Position numbers and translations under genes: made by a program
NCBI GenBank assembly: GCA_017991635.1
Contig: JAGOQE010000003.1
Coordinates: forward strand, 1 to 56,828
Source of the DNA: Minisyncoccota bacterium
GTDB taxonomy: Bacteria; Patescibacteriota; Minisyncoccia; Phycocordibacterales; Phycocordibacteraceae
Direction of reading: 5' to 3'
DNA: 56,828 nt
Notes under the pieces: model-generated
What the model saw: only the letters and a program-made list of their open reading frames with translations
The model's database searches: none
Told to the model about the DNA's origin: nothing
Shown here: in pieces, positions 19,243 to 28,335 of the stretch
How positions within the stretch are numbered: the first letter of the stretch is position 1
Layout: each line of letters opens with the position of its first letter

Positions 19243-20598
19243 ATGAATAAAGATACACTTACAGCTTCTAACGGGGTGGATGTGAACTCATATTTCACTG
19301 GGAAAAAGATAACCGTCATGGGACTGGGGCTTTTAGGTCGTGGTGTCGGGGACGCATACTTCCTGGCTTCCAGAGGGGCAAAGCTTACTATTACCGACCT
19401 AAAGTCTAAGGAGGAGCTCCGTGACTCTTTGGACCGACTTGCTCAGTTTCCTGATATTGAATACGTCCTCGGCGAGCATCGCCTTGAGGACTTTGAAGGA
19501 AAAGACTTTATCTTGAAGGCAGCAGGCGTGCCACTTGATTCAGAATATGTAGCGCATGCCGTTTCTTCCGGTGTGCCTATTAAGATGAGTGCGACATGGT
19601 TCATGGAGCTCTCAGGAATTAAAACGATTGGTGTTACTGGAACGCGAGGAAAGTCCACGACGACCTATATGATTTTTGACGCCCTCAAAGAAGCAGGTGT
19701 GCCCGTCGTGCTTGGGGGAAATATCAGAGGTGTATCGACGCTCGCCCTTCTTGACGAAGTAACTCCTGAACATACGGCAGTACTCGAACTTGATTCATGG
19801 CAGTGTCAGGGATTTAGGGATTCACAGCGTGGTCCACTCGTCTCAGTATTCACGACGTTCTTTCCTGACCACCTCAACTACTATAAGGATGACCTTGATG
19901 TATACCTTGCTGATAAGGCAGGACTTTTTTTATACCAGTCTGAAACAGACACGCTCGTACTTGGAGCTCAAGCAGCCCCAGTTGTACTTGAGCATTACGG
20001 AGAGAAGATTGAAGCAAAAATTCAAATAGGGGATGAACACACATTTCCAGAGGAGCTCGCGCTCATGGTACCTGGAGAGCATAATCGTTATGACGCAGGT
20101 CTCGCTCTGTTGGCGCTTCGTGCGTACGGCTTGCCTGATGAGGAAAGTCTTCGAGCTCTTGCGCTCTTTACCGGAGCGCCAGGAAGGCTTGAACTCGTTC
20201 GAGAGGTGGACGGTGTGCGTTATTACAACGATACAAATGCAACGACACCAGAGGCCACCATCGCAGCTCTGAAGGCTCTTAGTGTTCCTGGACGTATGAA
20301 TGTCGCGCTTATTATGGGAGGCGCTGATAAGGGACTTTCCCTTGATACGCTTCTTGAACTCATTCCTGATTACACACGTCATGTCTCACTACTTAAAGGC
20401 ACGGGTACCGAACGAACAAAGGAGGTTTTGTTTGAGGCCTCAGAGTTTGACTCACTCAAGGAAGCCTTCGAAGACGCAAGAAGCCATGTGGGACCAGGTG
20501 ACATTGTTCTCATGAGTCCTGCCTTCGCGTCCTTTGGAATGTTTAATAATGAATACGATAGGGGAGATCAATTTAACGCACTCGTTAACGCACTATGA
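19243..20598 (+). CDS. murD: UDP-N-acetylmuramoylalanine--D-glutamate ligase
   Basis: 451 aa. GLG..G, GVTGTRGKSTT, and Mur ligase middle and C-terminal domains (NDTNATTPEA, GGADKG). Confidence 0.9.
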   Translation: MNKDTLTASNGVDVNSYFTGKKITVMGLGLLGRGVGDAYFLASRGAKLTITDLKSKEELRDSLDRLAQFPDIEYVLGEHRLEDFEGKDFILKAAGVPLDSEYVAHAVSSGVPIKMSATWFMELSGIKTIGVTGTRGKSTTTYMIFDALKEAGVPVVLGGNIRGVSTLALLDEVTPEHTAVLELDSWQCQGFRDSQRGPLVSVFTTFFPDHLNYYKDDLDVYLADKAGLFLYQSETDTLVLGAQAAPVVLEHYGEKIEAKIQIGDEHTFPEELALMVPGEHNRYDAGLALLALRAYGLPDEESLRALALFTGAPGRLELVREVDGVRYYNDTNATTPEATIAALKALSVPGRMNVALIMGGADKGLSLDTLLELIPDYTRHVSLLKGTGTERTKEVLFEASEFDSLKEAFEDARSHVGPGDIVLMSPAFASFGMFNNEYDRGDQFNALVNAL

Positions 20599-21101
20599 CT
20601 CCTCTAGTACAGCACTCGGAGAGAAATCCTTTTCACATTTCTGTGGGTGCAGTGGTGGTGAATAGTGAAGGGAACATCATGGTCCATACCTTATCGGCTG
20701 ATTCGGTGCCTAAAGACATCGCCGACGTGCTCGGAGGCCTTGATACTGCATATATACTTATGCGGGAGTCAGTAGAAGATAATGAGTCACTTGAAGAAGC
20801 TGTGCTGAGAGGTATACAGGAAGAGTTTGGAGTTGAGGGAACAATTCGTAGATATCTTGGCTCGACACAATCTGTACTCCCGGCGAGGTATGGTGACTTT
20901 GAGAAGACAACACTGTATTTTGAAGTGACTTTTAGTTCACAAGCGGAAAGAGTCGTGCACGACTGGGAATCAACAACGCTCCTTGAGTGGCATGATCCTG
21001 AATTTTTAATTACTAAGATGAAGGAGCAAGGGCAAGCGACTTCGCGCGGTGATTTAGATGAATCAAAGATTATTGAAACATACCTTGCTTATGCTGGATA
21101 A
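20595..21101 (+). CDS. NUDIX-family hydrolase
   Basis: 168 aa. The degenerate Nudix box E...ESLEEAVLRGIQEEFGVEG. Overlaps the murD stop (ATGA). Confidence 0.6.
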   Translation: MTPLVQHSERNPFHISVGAVVVNSEGNIMVHTLSADSVPKDIADVLGGLDTAYILMRESVEDNESLEEAVLRGIQEEFGVEGTIRRYLGSTQSVLPARYGDFEKTTLYFEVTFSSQAERVVHDWESTTLLEWHDPEFLITKMKEQGQATSRGDLDESKIIETYLAYAG

Positions 21102-22380
21102 ACGAACCATTTTCTTTACAGGTATTGGTGGCATCGGTATGTCAGCGCTCGCACAGCTTCTTAAGGAGCGTGGTGATGCAGTTTCTGGTTCAGATAGAGA
21201 AGAAAGTCCGATTACTGAAATGCTTGTAGGTAAGGGGATAGAGGTGCACATCGGTCAGAAAGAAGAACATATTTTTGAAGGAATTAACCTTCTTGTGTAT
21301 AGCGACGCAGTACCAGAAAGCAATCCTGAACGTGCTCGTGCTCGTGAGTTAGGCATTACCGAACTTTCTTATTTTGAAATGCTGGGCACTGTCTCAGCAA
21401 CAAAACGTACGGTTGCAGTTGCGGGTACTCACGGAAAGACCACAACGACAGGGATGCTCACAAAAATTCTATATGACGCAGAAGTTCATCCGCAGGCAAT
21501 CATAGGGTCAATTGTTCGTGATTTTGGTTCCAACTATCTCTCAAGCGGGGACATTGATTCCAATGTGTTTATTGTTGAAGCGTGTGAATGGAAGCGTCAC
21601 TTCCTCTCTTTGTCTCCTGAAGTGCTGGTCATAACCAATCTTGAATTTGACCACACCGATTACTTTGATGATCTTTCTGATGTGCAAGATGCGTTCGCGT
21701 CCCTTATTTCTAAAGTGCCAAGTCATGGTGCCATCATTACTGACACTGAGCATCCTAATATCGCTCCGTTACTTCAACACACAGGCGCGAGAGTAATAGA
21801 TTACATGAAAGAGCCAGTGTATCCGCTTGTACTCAAGGGAGAATTTAATGAGATGAATGCACGCGCCGCTGCTGCGGCAGCAAAAGTAATCGCTCCTGAA
21901 ATTTCCATGACTTCTCTCAACCGTTCGCTTGAATCATTCACGGGCACATGGAGGCGTTTTGAATATAAGGGAGTAACTAAGACTGGCGCCAGGGTGTATG
22001 ACGATTACGCGCATCATCCTACAGCAATCATGGAGACGTTACGTGCACTTAAACCAGAAGTGAACGGGAAGGTGTATGTCGCATTTCATCCACACCTTTA
22101 TTCACGCACTCGAGATTTATTTGATGGTTTTGTGCGCGCCTTTCGTCTTGCCGACGAAGTCTTAATTGCCCCCATTTACCCTGCACGGGAAATTGACGAC
22201 GGAACGGTTTCAAGTGAGCTTCTTGCAGGGGCGATGGGAACTATCGGTACGCACGCACGAGCTCTTTCGTTTGAAGATATTGAACAAGTATTACTTCATG
22301 AACCAAAAGAAGGCGATGTCATTATGACGATGGGTGCAGGTGATATATACAAGATTGCCGACCGGTTAACCGCAAACTAA
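21091..22380 (+). CDS. murC: UDP-N-acetylmuramate--L-alanine ligase
   Basis: ATG at 21091 gives MLDKRTIFFTGIGGIGMSALA. Also GTHGKTTTT and DDYAHHP. Confidence 0.9.
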   Translation: MLDKRTIFFTGIGGIGMSALAQLLKERGDAVSGSDREESPITEMLVGKGIEVHIGQKEEHIFEGINLLVYSDAVPESNPERARARELGITELSYFEMLGTVSATKRTVAVAGTHGKTTTTGMLTKILYDAEVHPQAIIGSIVRDFGSNYLSSGDIDSNVFIVEACEWKRHFLSLSPEVLVITNLEFDHTDYFDDLSDVQDAFASLISKVPSHGAIITDTEHPNIAPLLQHTGARVIDYMKEPVYPLVLKGEFNEMNARAAAAAAKVIAPEISMTSLNRSLESFTGTWRRFEYKGVTKTGARVYDDYAHHPTAIMETLRALKPEVNGKVYVAFHPHLYSRTRDLFDGFVRAFRLADEVLIAPIYPAREIDDGTVSSELLAGAMGTIGTHARALSFEDIEQVLLHEPKEGDVIMTMGAGDIYKIADRLTAN

Positions 22381-22381
22381 T

Positions 22382-23062
22382 ATGGGAACTCTCTCAGTTG
22401 TAGCTACGCCAATCGGCAATCTCGGAGATATAACGCTCCGCGCAGTGTCTACGTTTAATGAGGCGGATGTAATTGCGTGTGAGGATACTCGCGTTTCAGC
22501 AAAACTCTTACAGCGCTACGATATACAGAAACCTCTTCTTATTTTTCATGCACAAAGCGGAAGACATGCGAGTGAGCGAATTTTGCAACTACTCGCAGAA
22601 GGGAAGCGTGTAGCTCTCATAACTGACGCGGGTACTCCTGGAATTTCTGACCCAGGAACGCAACTTGTGCGCTTGGTTCGTGATCGGCTTCCTGACGTAA
22701 CCATTGAGGCAATCCCAGGACCATCTGCTCTAACAGCAGCGCTCTCCATTGCGGGAGTCCCAACTGATGCTTTTACGTTTCTTGGCTTTTTGCCACACAA
22801 GAAGGGACGCCAGACGCTCTTCAAGGAAATTGCTGAATCAGATCGTACTATGATTTTTTACGAATCTCCTCATCGACTCGAGAAGGCGCTTCAGTCCCTC
22901 ACTGAATTTTTAGAACCAAGCCGAAAAGTGATGGTTTTTAGAGAACTCACCAAACTCCATGAAGAGGTGGTTGAAGGAACTCCCGAGGAAGTGGTGGCCT
23001 ACTTTAAGGCTCACAGTGACCATATCCGGGGTGAGTGCGTCATCTTGGTATCCCCACGGTAG
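22382..23062 (+). CDS. rsmI: 16S rRNA (cytidine1402-2'-O)-methyltransferase
   Basis: 226 aa. L.VVATPIGNLGDIT.RA, CEDTR, TDAGTPGISDPG, YESPHR. Confidence 0.9.
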   Translation: MGTLSVVATPIGNLGDITLRAVSTFNEADVIACEDTRVSAKLLQRYDIQKPLLIFHAQSGRHASERILQLLAEGKRVALITDAGTPGISDPGTQLVRLVRDRLPDVTIEAIPGPSALTAALSIAGVPTDAFTFLGFLPHKKGRQTLFKEIAESDRTMIFYESPHRLEKALQSLTEFLEPSRKVMVFRELTKLHEEVVEGTPEEVVAYFKAHSDHIRGECVILVSPR

Positions 23063-23105
23063 GCATATTTGGAAGGTTTTGCGTAATTTCTGTATACTGT
23101 AGGTA

Positions 23106-23303
23106 ATGAACCCTCGGAAGATGCTTATTGCGTTTGGTGTTGTTACCGCACTGTCTCCATTTATCGGCCTTCCTCGCGATATTCTCTCAATACTTCTTCC
23201 AGTGCTTGGTATAGGCATCGTCGCTATAGTGTTGTTGCTTATTCCTAAAACAGGACCTCAAGCTCCTGAGGGAGAACTCATACATGATACTCACGCGACT
23301 TAA
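23106..23303 (+). CDS. Small two-TM membrane protein (hypothetical)
   Basis: 65 aa and hydrophobic. TATACT lies 7 nt upstream of the ATG. Confidence 0.45.
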   Translation: MNPRKMLIAFGVVTALSPFIGLPRDILSILLPVLGIGIVAIVLLLIPKTGPQAPEGELIHDTHAT

Positions 23304-24363
23304 GCACGCCTTTTCGCATCCTTTGTCGCTGCCTGCCGTCTCTGGTGTCGTACTAGTAGGAGTGGGTGTGTTCATATTGCCTCAGGTCTTTGCCACAACA
23401 TTTGAGCGAGGAGATATCTCTACAACTACACCTTCCTTTGTATTGAAACTTAAGAGAGAAGAAAAGCTTGATACGAAGGCATATGATGCGAAGATGCTTG
23501 CCCTTGCAAACGTGGCTACAACTACAGGCACGAGTACACCATCACTCTGGCCAGTAACCGGTCCGTACCCAAAGGCAGGAGCGATACTTCCTTTTAAGAG
23601 AATTGTTGCGTATTACGGTAACTTTTATTCAACGAAGATGGGTGTCTTAGGAGAGTATGAGGAGTCAGTAATGCTAGAAAAGTTGCGAGGAGAGAAGCGA
23701 CGATGGGAGGAAGCAGACCCAACCACCCCCGTGATGCCGGCTATTAATTACATTGCAATCACTGCACAGGGAAGTCCCGGGCGGGAAGGAAAGTACCTGC
23801 TTCGTATGCCCGATGATCAAATAGATTATGCACTCACGCTCGCCGACAAGGTCGATGGTATTGTCATCCTTGATATTCAGATTGGTCTTTCCAATCTTGA
23901 AAAGGAGCTTCCACTTCTTGAGAAGTATTTGGCAATGCCAAATGTACATCTCGGTCTTGATCCTGAATTTCATATGATTACCGGCGACGTTCCGGGTGAT
24001 GTTATTGGTTCCTATGATGCAAAGCAGATAAATTATGCGACGGCATATTTGGCAGATCTCGTGCAAAAGCACAATCTCCCACCAAAGGTCGTCATCGTTC
24101 ATCGTTTTACTCAACGCATGGTGACAAATTACGACGACATTATTCTTCGTCCAGAGACACAGATTGTTATGGATATGGACGGATGGGGACCTCCTCTAAA
24201 GAAGATAAATACGTACAAACAATTTATTTACCCTGAACCAGTTCAATTCACCGGTTTCAAATTGTTTTACAAGAACGACCTCAAGCCACCAAGCGACAGA
24301 CTGTTAACGCCTGCTGACTTACTTAAGCTCACCCCACAGCCGAGTTTCATTCAGTATCAGTAG
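23284..24363 (+). CDS. Hypothetical exported/membrane-anchored protein
   Basis: 359 aa with an N-terminal hydrophobic anchor ending ...PQVFA. I recognise no family confidently. Confidence 0.6.
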   Translation: MILTRLKHAFSHPLSLPAVSGVVLVGVGVFILPQVFATTFERGDISTTTPSFVLKLKREEKLDTKAYDAKMLALANVATTTGTSTPSLWPVTGPYPKAGAILPFKRIVAYYGNFYSTKMGVLGEYEESVMLEKLRGEKRRWEEADPTTPVMPAINYIAITAQGSPGREGKYLLRMPDDQIDYALTLADKVDGIVILDIQIGLSNLEKELPLLEKYLAMPNVHLGLDPEFHMITGDVPGDVIGSYDAKQINYATAYLADLVQKHNLPPKVVIVHRFTQRMVTNYDDIILRPETQIVMDMDGWGPPLKKINTYKQFIYPEPVQFTGFKLFYKNDLKPPSDRLLTPADLLKLTPQPSFIQYQ

Positions 24364-24417
24364 TATTCCCAATAGGCGCCCGCTTCTCGTATATAAGGCG
24401 TTATACTGAACTACAGC

Positions 24418-26142
24418 ATGGATAATCCTGAGAGAATTACGTACTTTGCAGCTACCGATTCACGCGGGAAGCGCATTCCTTTTGGTATTAAAGAAAAGGA
24501 CCGTTCGAAGCACATGTATGTGATTGGAAAGACGGGTATGGGTAAGTCGACTCTGCTTGAGAATATGGCCATTCAAGACATCAGAAATGGCGAGGGTATG
24601 GCCTTTATTGATCCTCACGGAAGTGCTGTCGACAAACTCCTAGATTACATACCTAAAGAGCGCATGAATGATGTGGTGTATTTTGCTCCATTTGATATGG
24701 AGCACCCTGTTGCCTTTAACGTGATGGAGGATGTTGGTTATGACAAACGCCACCTAGTGGTGTCGGGCTTGATGGCAACGTTTAAAAAGATCTGGAAGGA
24801 CCAGTGGAGTGCACGTATGGAGTACATTCTTTCAAACACGCTTCTCGCACTCCTAGAATATCCTGATGCCACCTTGATGGGAGTGAATCGTATGTACACC
24901 GACAAGGGGTATAGAAAGAAGGTAATTGAAAATGTGAAGGACCCCTTGGTGAAAGATTTCTGGGTAAAGGAATTTGCAACCTACACTGACCGTTACACAC
25001 AAGAAGCAACACCAGCAATTCAAAACAAAATTGGACAATTTACCTCTAACCCGCTTATTAGAAATATCATTGGCCAGCCAAAATCCTCTTTTGATATTCG
25101 TGAGTTGATGGATCAAAAGAAAATTCTTCTCATCAATCTTTCAAAGGGTCTGGTGGGAGACACCAACATGCAACTCTTGGGGTCTATGCTCACAACACGT
25201 ATCTTTCTTGCTGCCATGAGTAGGGCAGACCTTTCTGCGCATGACATTAAAACGCTTCCGAACTTCTACTTTTATGTGGACGAATTCCAGAACTTTGCGA
25301 ACGAGACCTTTGCAGAGATTCTTTCCGAGGCACGTAAGTATAAATTGAATCTTCTTATTGCTCACCAGTACGTAGAGCAAATGGAAGAAGAGGTGAGGGC
25401 AGCGGTCTTTGGAAACGTCGGTACCACCATTTCTTTTAGAGTGGGACCGTTTGATGCTGAGGTTCTGGAGACGGTATTTTCTCCAGAATTTATGAAGGAG
25501 GATATTGTGAATCTCGGTTTCGCGCAAATTTATCTCTCGCTCATGATTGATGGAGTGGGCTCTCGTCCTTTTTCTGGAGTTACGATTCCTCCGATTGAGC
25601 CTCCTCCGGTTTCGTATCGAGCAGACATACTTCAGGCTTCACGTTCGCAATTTGCTGCGCGAAGAGAAGATATTGAACGGGTGATTTTTGACGAATTGAA
25701 ACTACTTGATGCTGAGCCTCCCGAGCCTCCTCAGAAGTCAGTCAAGACATATCCTCCAAAGCCAAAGGCGCAAAGCGCTGAGACGAGACCTGCGCTTCGA
25801 AAGGATTCACCTCCAAGGGAACGTCAACCCGAGACACGTCAGCCTGAAATGCGCAGACCTGACGTGAAGCGTCCTGAACCTCCTCAGAAGTCTGCCGAAG
25901 ACTTAAAGGCTATTTTGAAGACCATGTCTTCAAAGCACGAGAAACACGTTGAGAAGAAACACACAGAGGAGAAGAAAGGACTTCAAGAAGTCCTCAAGAG
26001 GACTAATGAGCAAAAGCCGACCCGTCCTGTCTCGGAGCGGGATAAACCAAGGGATGTTCCTCAAGCTCCACGACCGAAGATGCAGAAACCGTTTGAAGTT
26101 TCTGAAGATACACTTAACGCCATTTTCAAGGAGCATGTCTAA
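24418..26142 (+). CDS. VirD4/TraD-like P-loop ATPase (T4SS coupling-protein DNA-binding-domain type) without TM helices, with a Pro/Lys/Glu-rich C-terminal tail
   Basis: 574 aa. Walker A VIGKTGMGKST, Walker B YFYVDEFQNF. The tail has repeated (R)PEPPQKS units. Confidence 0.7.
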   Translation: MDNPERITYFAATDSRGKRIPFGIKEKDRSKHMYVIGKTGMGKSTLLENMAIQDIRNGEGMAFIDPHGSAVDKLLDYIPKERMNDVVYFAPFDMEHPVAFNVMEDVGYDKRHLVVSGLMATFKKIWKDQWSARMEYILSNTLLALLEYPDATLMGVNRMYTDKGYRKKVIENVKDPLVKDFWVKEFATYTDRYTQEATPAIQNKIGQFTSNPLIRNIIGQPKSSFDIRELMDQKKILLINLSKGLVGDTNMQLLGSMLTTRIFLAAMSRADLSAHDIKTLPNFYFYVDEFQNFANETFAEILSEARKYKLNLLIAHQYVEQMEEEVRAAVFGNVGTTISFRVGPFDAEVLETVFSPEFMKEDIVNLGFAQIYLSLMIDGVGSRPFSGVTIPPIEPPPVSYRADILQASRSQFAARREDIERVIFDELKLLDAEPPEPPQKSVKTYPPKPKAQSAETRPALRKDSPPRERQPETRQPEMRRPDVKRPEPPQKSAEDLKAILKTMSSKHEKHVEKKHTEEKKGLQEVLKRTNEQKPTRPVSERDKPRDVPQAPRPKMQKPFEVSEDTLNAIFKEHV

Positions 26143-27433
26143 ACACCTCGCCATCTCACTTCTTCTTGTAGGAAGTGTAGCGCTTCCTGCAAAGGTGTGT
26201 GCGGCGGTGGTGATTAATGAGATTGCTTGGATGGGTTCTACCGAGAACTCAAATGCGGAATGGATTGAACTTTTTAATGATGGAAATGATGCGGTCTCTC
26301 TTACTGGATGGACCATAACATCAGCCGGAACCGCACCCAACATAACGTTGACCGGAACCATTAGTGCCGGAGGATACTACCTACTTGAGCGCACCAGTGA
26401 TGCGAGTGTGCCGAGCGTGTCGGCACATCAGATATACACCGGAGCACTAGCTAATGGGGGCGATACCTTAACACTTAAAGACAGTACTGGAGTGGCAAAG
26501 GATACGGTAGTCGGCGGAACAAGTTGGAGTGCTGTTGGAGGAGACAACACAACTAAGAACACTCCCCAACGAAATGGAAGTACGTGGAGTACCGGTAATC
26601 CTACGCCAGGAAGTCAAAATGTCAGTGGTACGGTAGAGAACGATGAAGAAGATACGGCGACTGAATCAACGGTAAGCACTACACCTACAGTGACGATTCA
26701 AGGGTCGGTCGCAAACGCACTCCCTTCTACGATTGAAATAACACGACTGTACATAGATGCAGGCCCTCCACGTATTGTGCAGAGAGAGGTACCGGTGCTC
26801 TTTGAGGCAACTACGTACGACAAGTATGGAAGTAGGCGTGATGCGCGCATGTCCTGGTCGTTTGGAAATGGGGAGCGACTTTCAGGCAAGTCACTATGGT
26901 ATACCTATCACGCTCCAGGTACCTACACGCTTACCGTAAGAGGGAATGATGGTAAAAAGGAAGGTGTGGCACTTGTGCCTGTGCAGGTTATTGATGCGCA
27001 GGTTTCTATCAAAGAACTGAGTCAGTACGGGGTGGTCGTTATGAATGATAGTGACGAGATGATTGACTTCTCCTCTTGGCTGTTAGTTCAGGGAACAAAA
27101 ACCTTTTCTGTTCCTTCAGACACTGTGTTGCAAGCGAAGAGCAGGGTAACGTTCACCTATCAAATACTAGGATTCTCACCAGGCGCACCGGTGGTACTCT
27201 TTTATCCAACAGGAATTAAGGCATCCGAGTTTCCAATAGTTCATGAAGAGAAACCCGAGACACGTTCAACAGAGTTATCTGTAAGGGAGGAAGAGAGTGA
27301 ATTACCGATAGCAATACATACTCATGAGCCTCACATACGTGCCCCTGCCACACGGAATAATGCCGAGGTGGCAGGGGCGTATGTGCCCACTCCTATTTTG
27401 TTTCAAGAGGCCACAGTTCTAGTCTCGCCATAG
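26135..27433 (+). CDS. Secreted lamin-tail-domain (LTD) protein with a PKD-like domain
   Basis: ATG at 26135 gives the signal peptide MSKHLAISLLLVGSVALPAKVCA. VINEIAWMGS...EWIELFN...GW is LTD-like. WSFGNGE...YTYHAPGTYTLTVRGNDG is PKD-like. An 8-nt overlap with the ATPase stop. Confidence 0.75.
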   Translation: MSKHLAISLLLVGSVALPAKVCAAVVINEIAWMGSTENSNAEWIELFNDGNDAVSLTGWTITSAGTAPNITLTGTISAGGYYLLERTSDASVPSVSAHQIYTGALANGGDTLTLKDSTGVAKDTVVGGTSWSAVGGDNTTKNTPQRNGSTWSTGNPTPGSQNVSGTVENDEEDTATESTVSTTPTVTIQGSVANALPSTIEITRLYIDAGPPRIVQREVPVLFEATTYDKYGSRRDARMSWSFGNGERLSGKSLWYTYHAPGTYTLTVRGNDGKKEGVALVPVQVIDAQVSIKELSQYGVVVMNDSDEMIDFSSWLLVQGTKTFSVPSDTVLQAKSRVTFTYQILGFSPGAPVVLFYPTGIKASEFPIVHEEKPETRSTELSVREEESELPIAIHTHEPHIRAPATRNNAEVAGAYVPTPILFQEATVLVSP

Positions 27434-27465
27434 TGAGCGTCATGGGGTAGGGTGTACCTATAATT

Positions 27466-28332
27466 ATGCAAAAGACGATACTTGTTACTGGTGGCGCGGG
27501 GTTTGTTGGTTCTCATCTCTGTGAGCGCTTACTCAAAGATGGACATAGGGTTATCTCTTTAGATAATTACTTCACTGGAACTAAGGATAACCACATTGAA
27601 GGTGTTGAGTATCGAGAGGGTCACACGAAAGATATCGCCACCTTGATTACAGAGGCTCCAGATGTCATCTACCATCTAGGTGAATATTCACGCGTTGCAA
27701 AGAGTATTGAAGAGCCAATGCTGGTATTCGATTTAAATATGGAAGGCACGTTCGCCGTTCTTGAATTTTGGAGAGCACGTGGAGGGAAGCTCGTGTATGC
27801 TGGCTCCTCAACAAAGTTTGCAGGAGTACGTGCTGACGGAGTCGATGGGCGGGAACTCTCTCCGTATACGTGGGGTAAGGCAGCAAACTCTGAACTCGTT
27901 CATAACTACGGACGATGGTACGACCTACCCTATGCAATTGCATATTTTTATAATGTCTACGGCCCACGAGAACGTGGAGGAGTGGACGCCTACGGAACAG
28001 TGATTGAAACCTTCCATCAAAATGTGCTTCAGGGAGCGCCACACCAAATTCGTGGCACGGGAGAGCAGACACGCGCATTTACTCATGTCCTTGATACGGT
28101 AGAAGGTCTTGTAGCAATTGGAGAGGGAGGAGAAAAAGATGAATACGCCATTTCTGCAAAAGAAGTGTACTCATTGCTGGACGTTGCGCGTCTGTATGGG
28201 GGAGAGATTGAATTTCTACCTGCCACAAAATCAACACGTTCAACAGGAGCTGAAGATACCTCAAAGCTCGAAGCTCTAGGTTGGAGCCAACGGTATACGC
28301 TAGAAGACTATATTCAAGGTCAACAGAAGTAG
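27466..28332 (+). CDS. NAD-dependent epimerase/dehydratase (short SDR, UDP-sugar modifying)
   Basis: 288 aa. ILVTGGAGFVGSHL, YTWGK (YxxxK). Confidence 0.8.
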   Translation: MQKTILVTGGAGFVGSHLCERLLKDGHRVISLDNYFTGTKDNHIEGVEYREGHTKDIATLITEAPDVIYHLGEYSRVAKSIEEPMLVFDLNMEGTFAVLEFWRARGGKLVYAGSSTKFAGVRADGVDGRELSPYTWGKAANSELVHNYGRWYDLPYAIAYFYNVYGPRERGGVDAYGTVIETFHQNVLQGAPHQIRGTGEQTRAFTHVLDTVEGLVAIGEGGEKDEYAISAKEVYSLLDVARLYGGEIEFLPATKSTRSTGAEDTSKLEALGWSQRYTLEDYIQGQQK

Positions 28333-28335
28333 GGT

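Noticed and set aside
18444-24400. An integrated mobile element downstream of the tRNA-Ile repeat
   Set aside because: No integrase, transposase or phage genes follow; the downstream genes are murD, murC and rsmI. Only the short repeat scar is reported.
25949-26134. Upstream extension of the LTD protein ORF (track start 25949)
   Set aside because: It would overlap the ATPase gene by about 190 nt in another frame. The internal ATG at 26135 yields a clean signal peptide.
27459-27464. TATAAT hexamer 1 nt before the ATG at 27466, considered as a leaderless promoter
   Set aside because: It is too close: transcription would start inside the gene. It is not counted among the leaderless examples.
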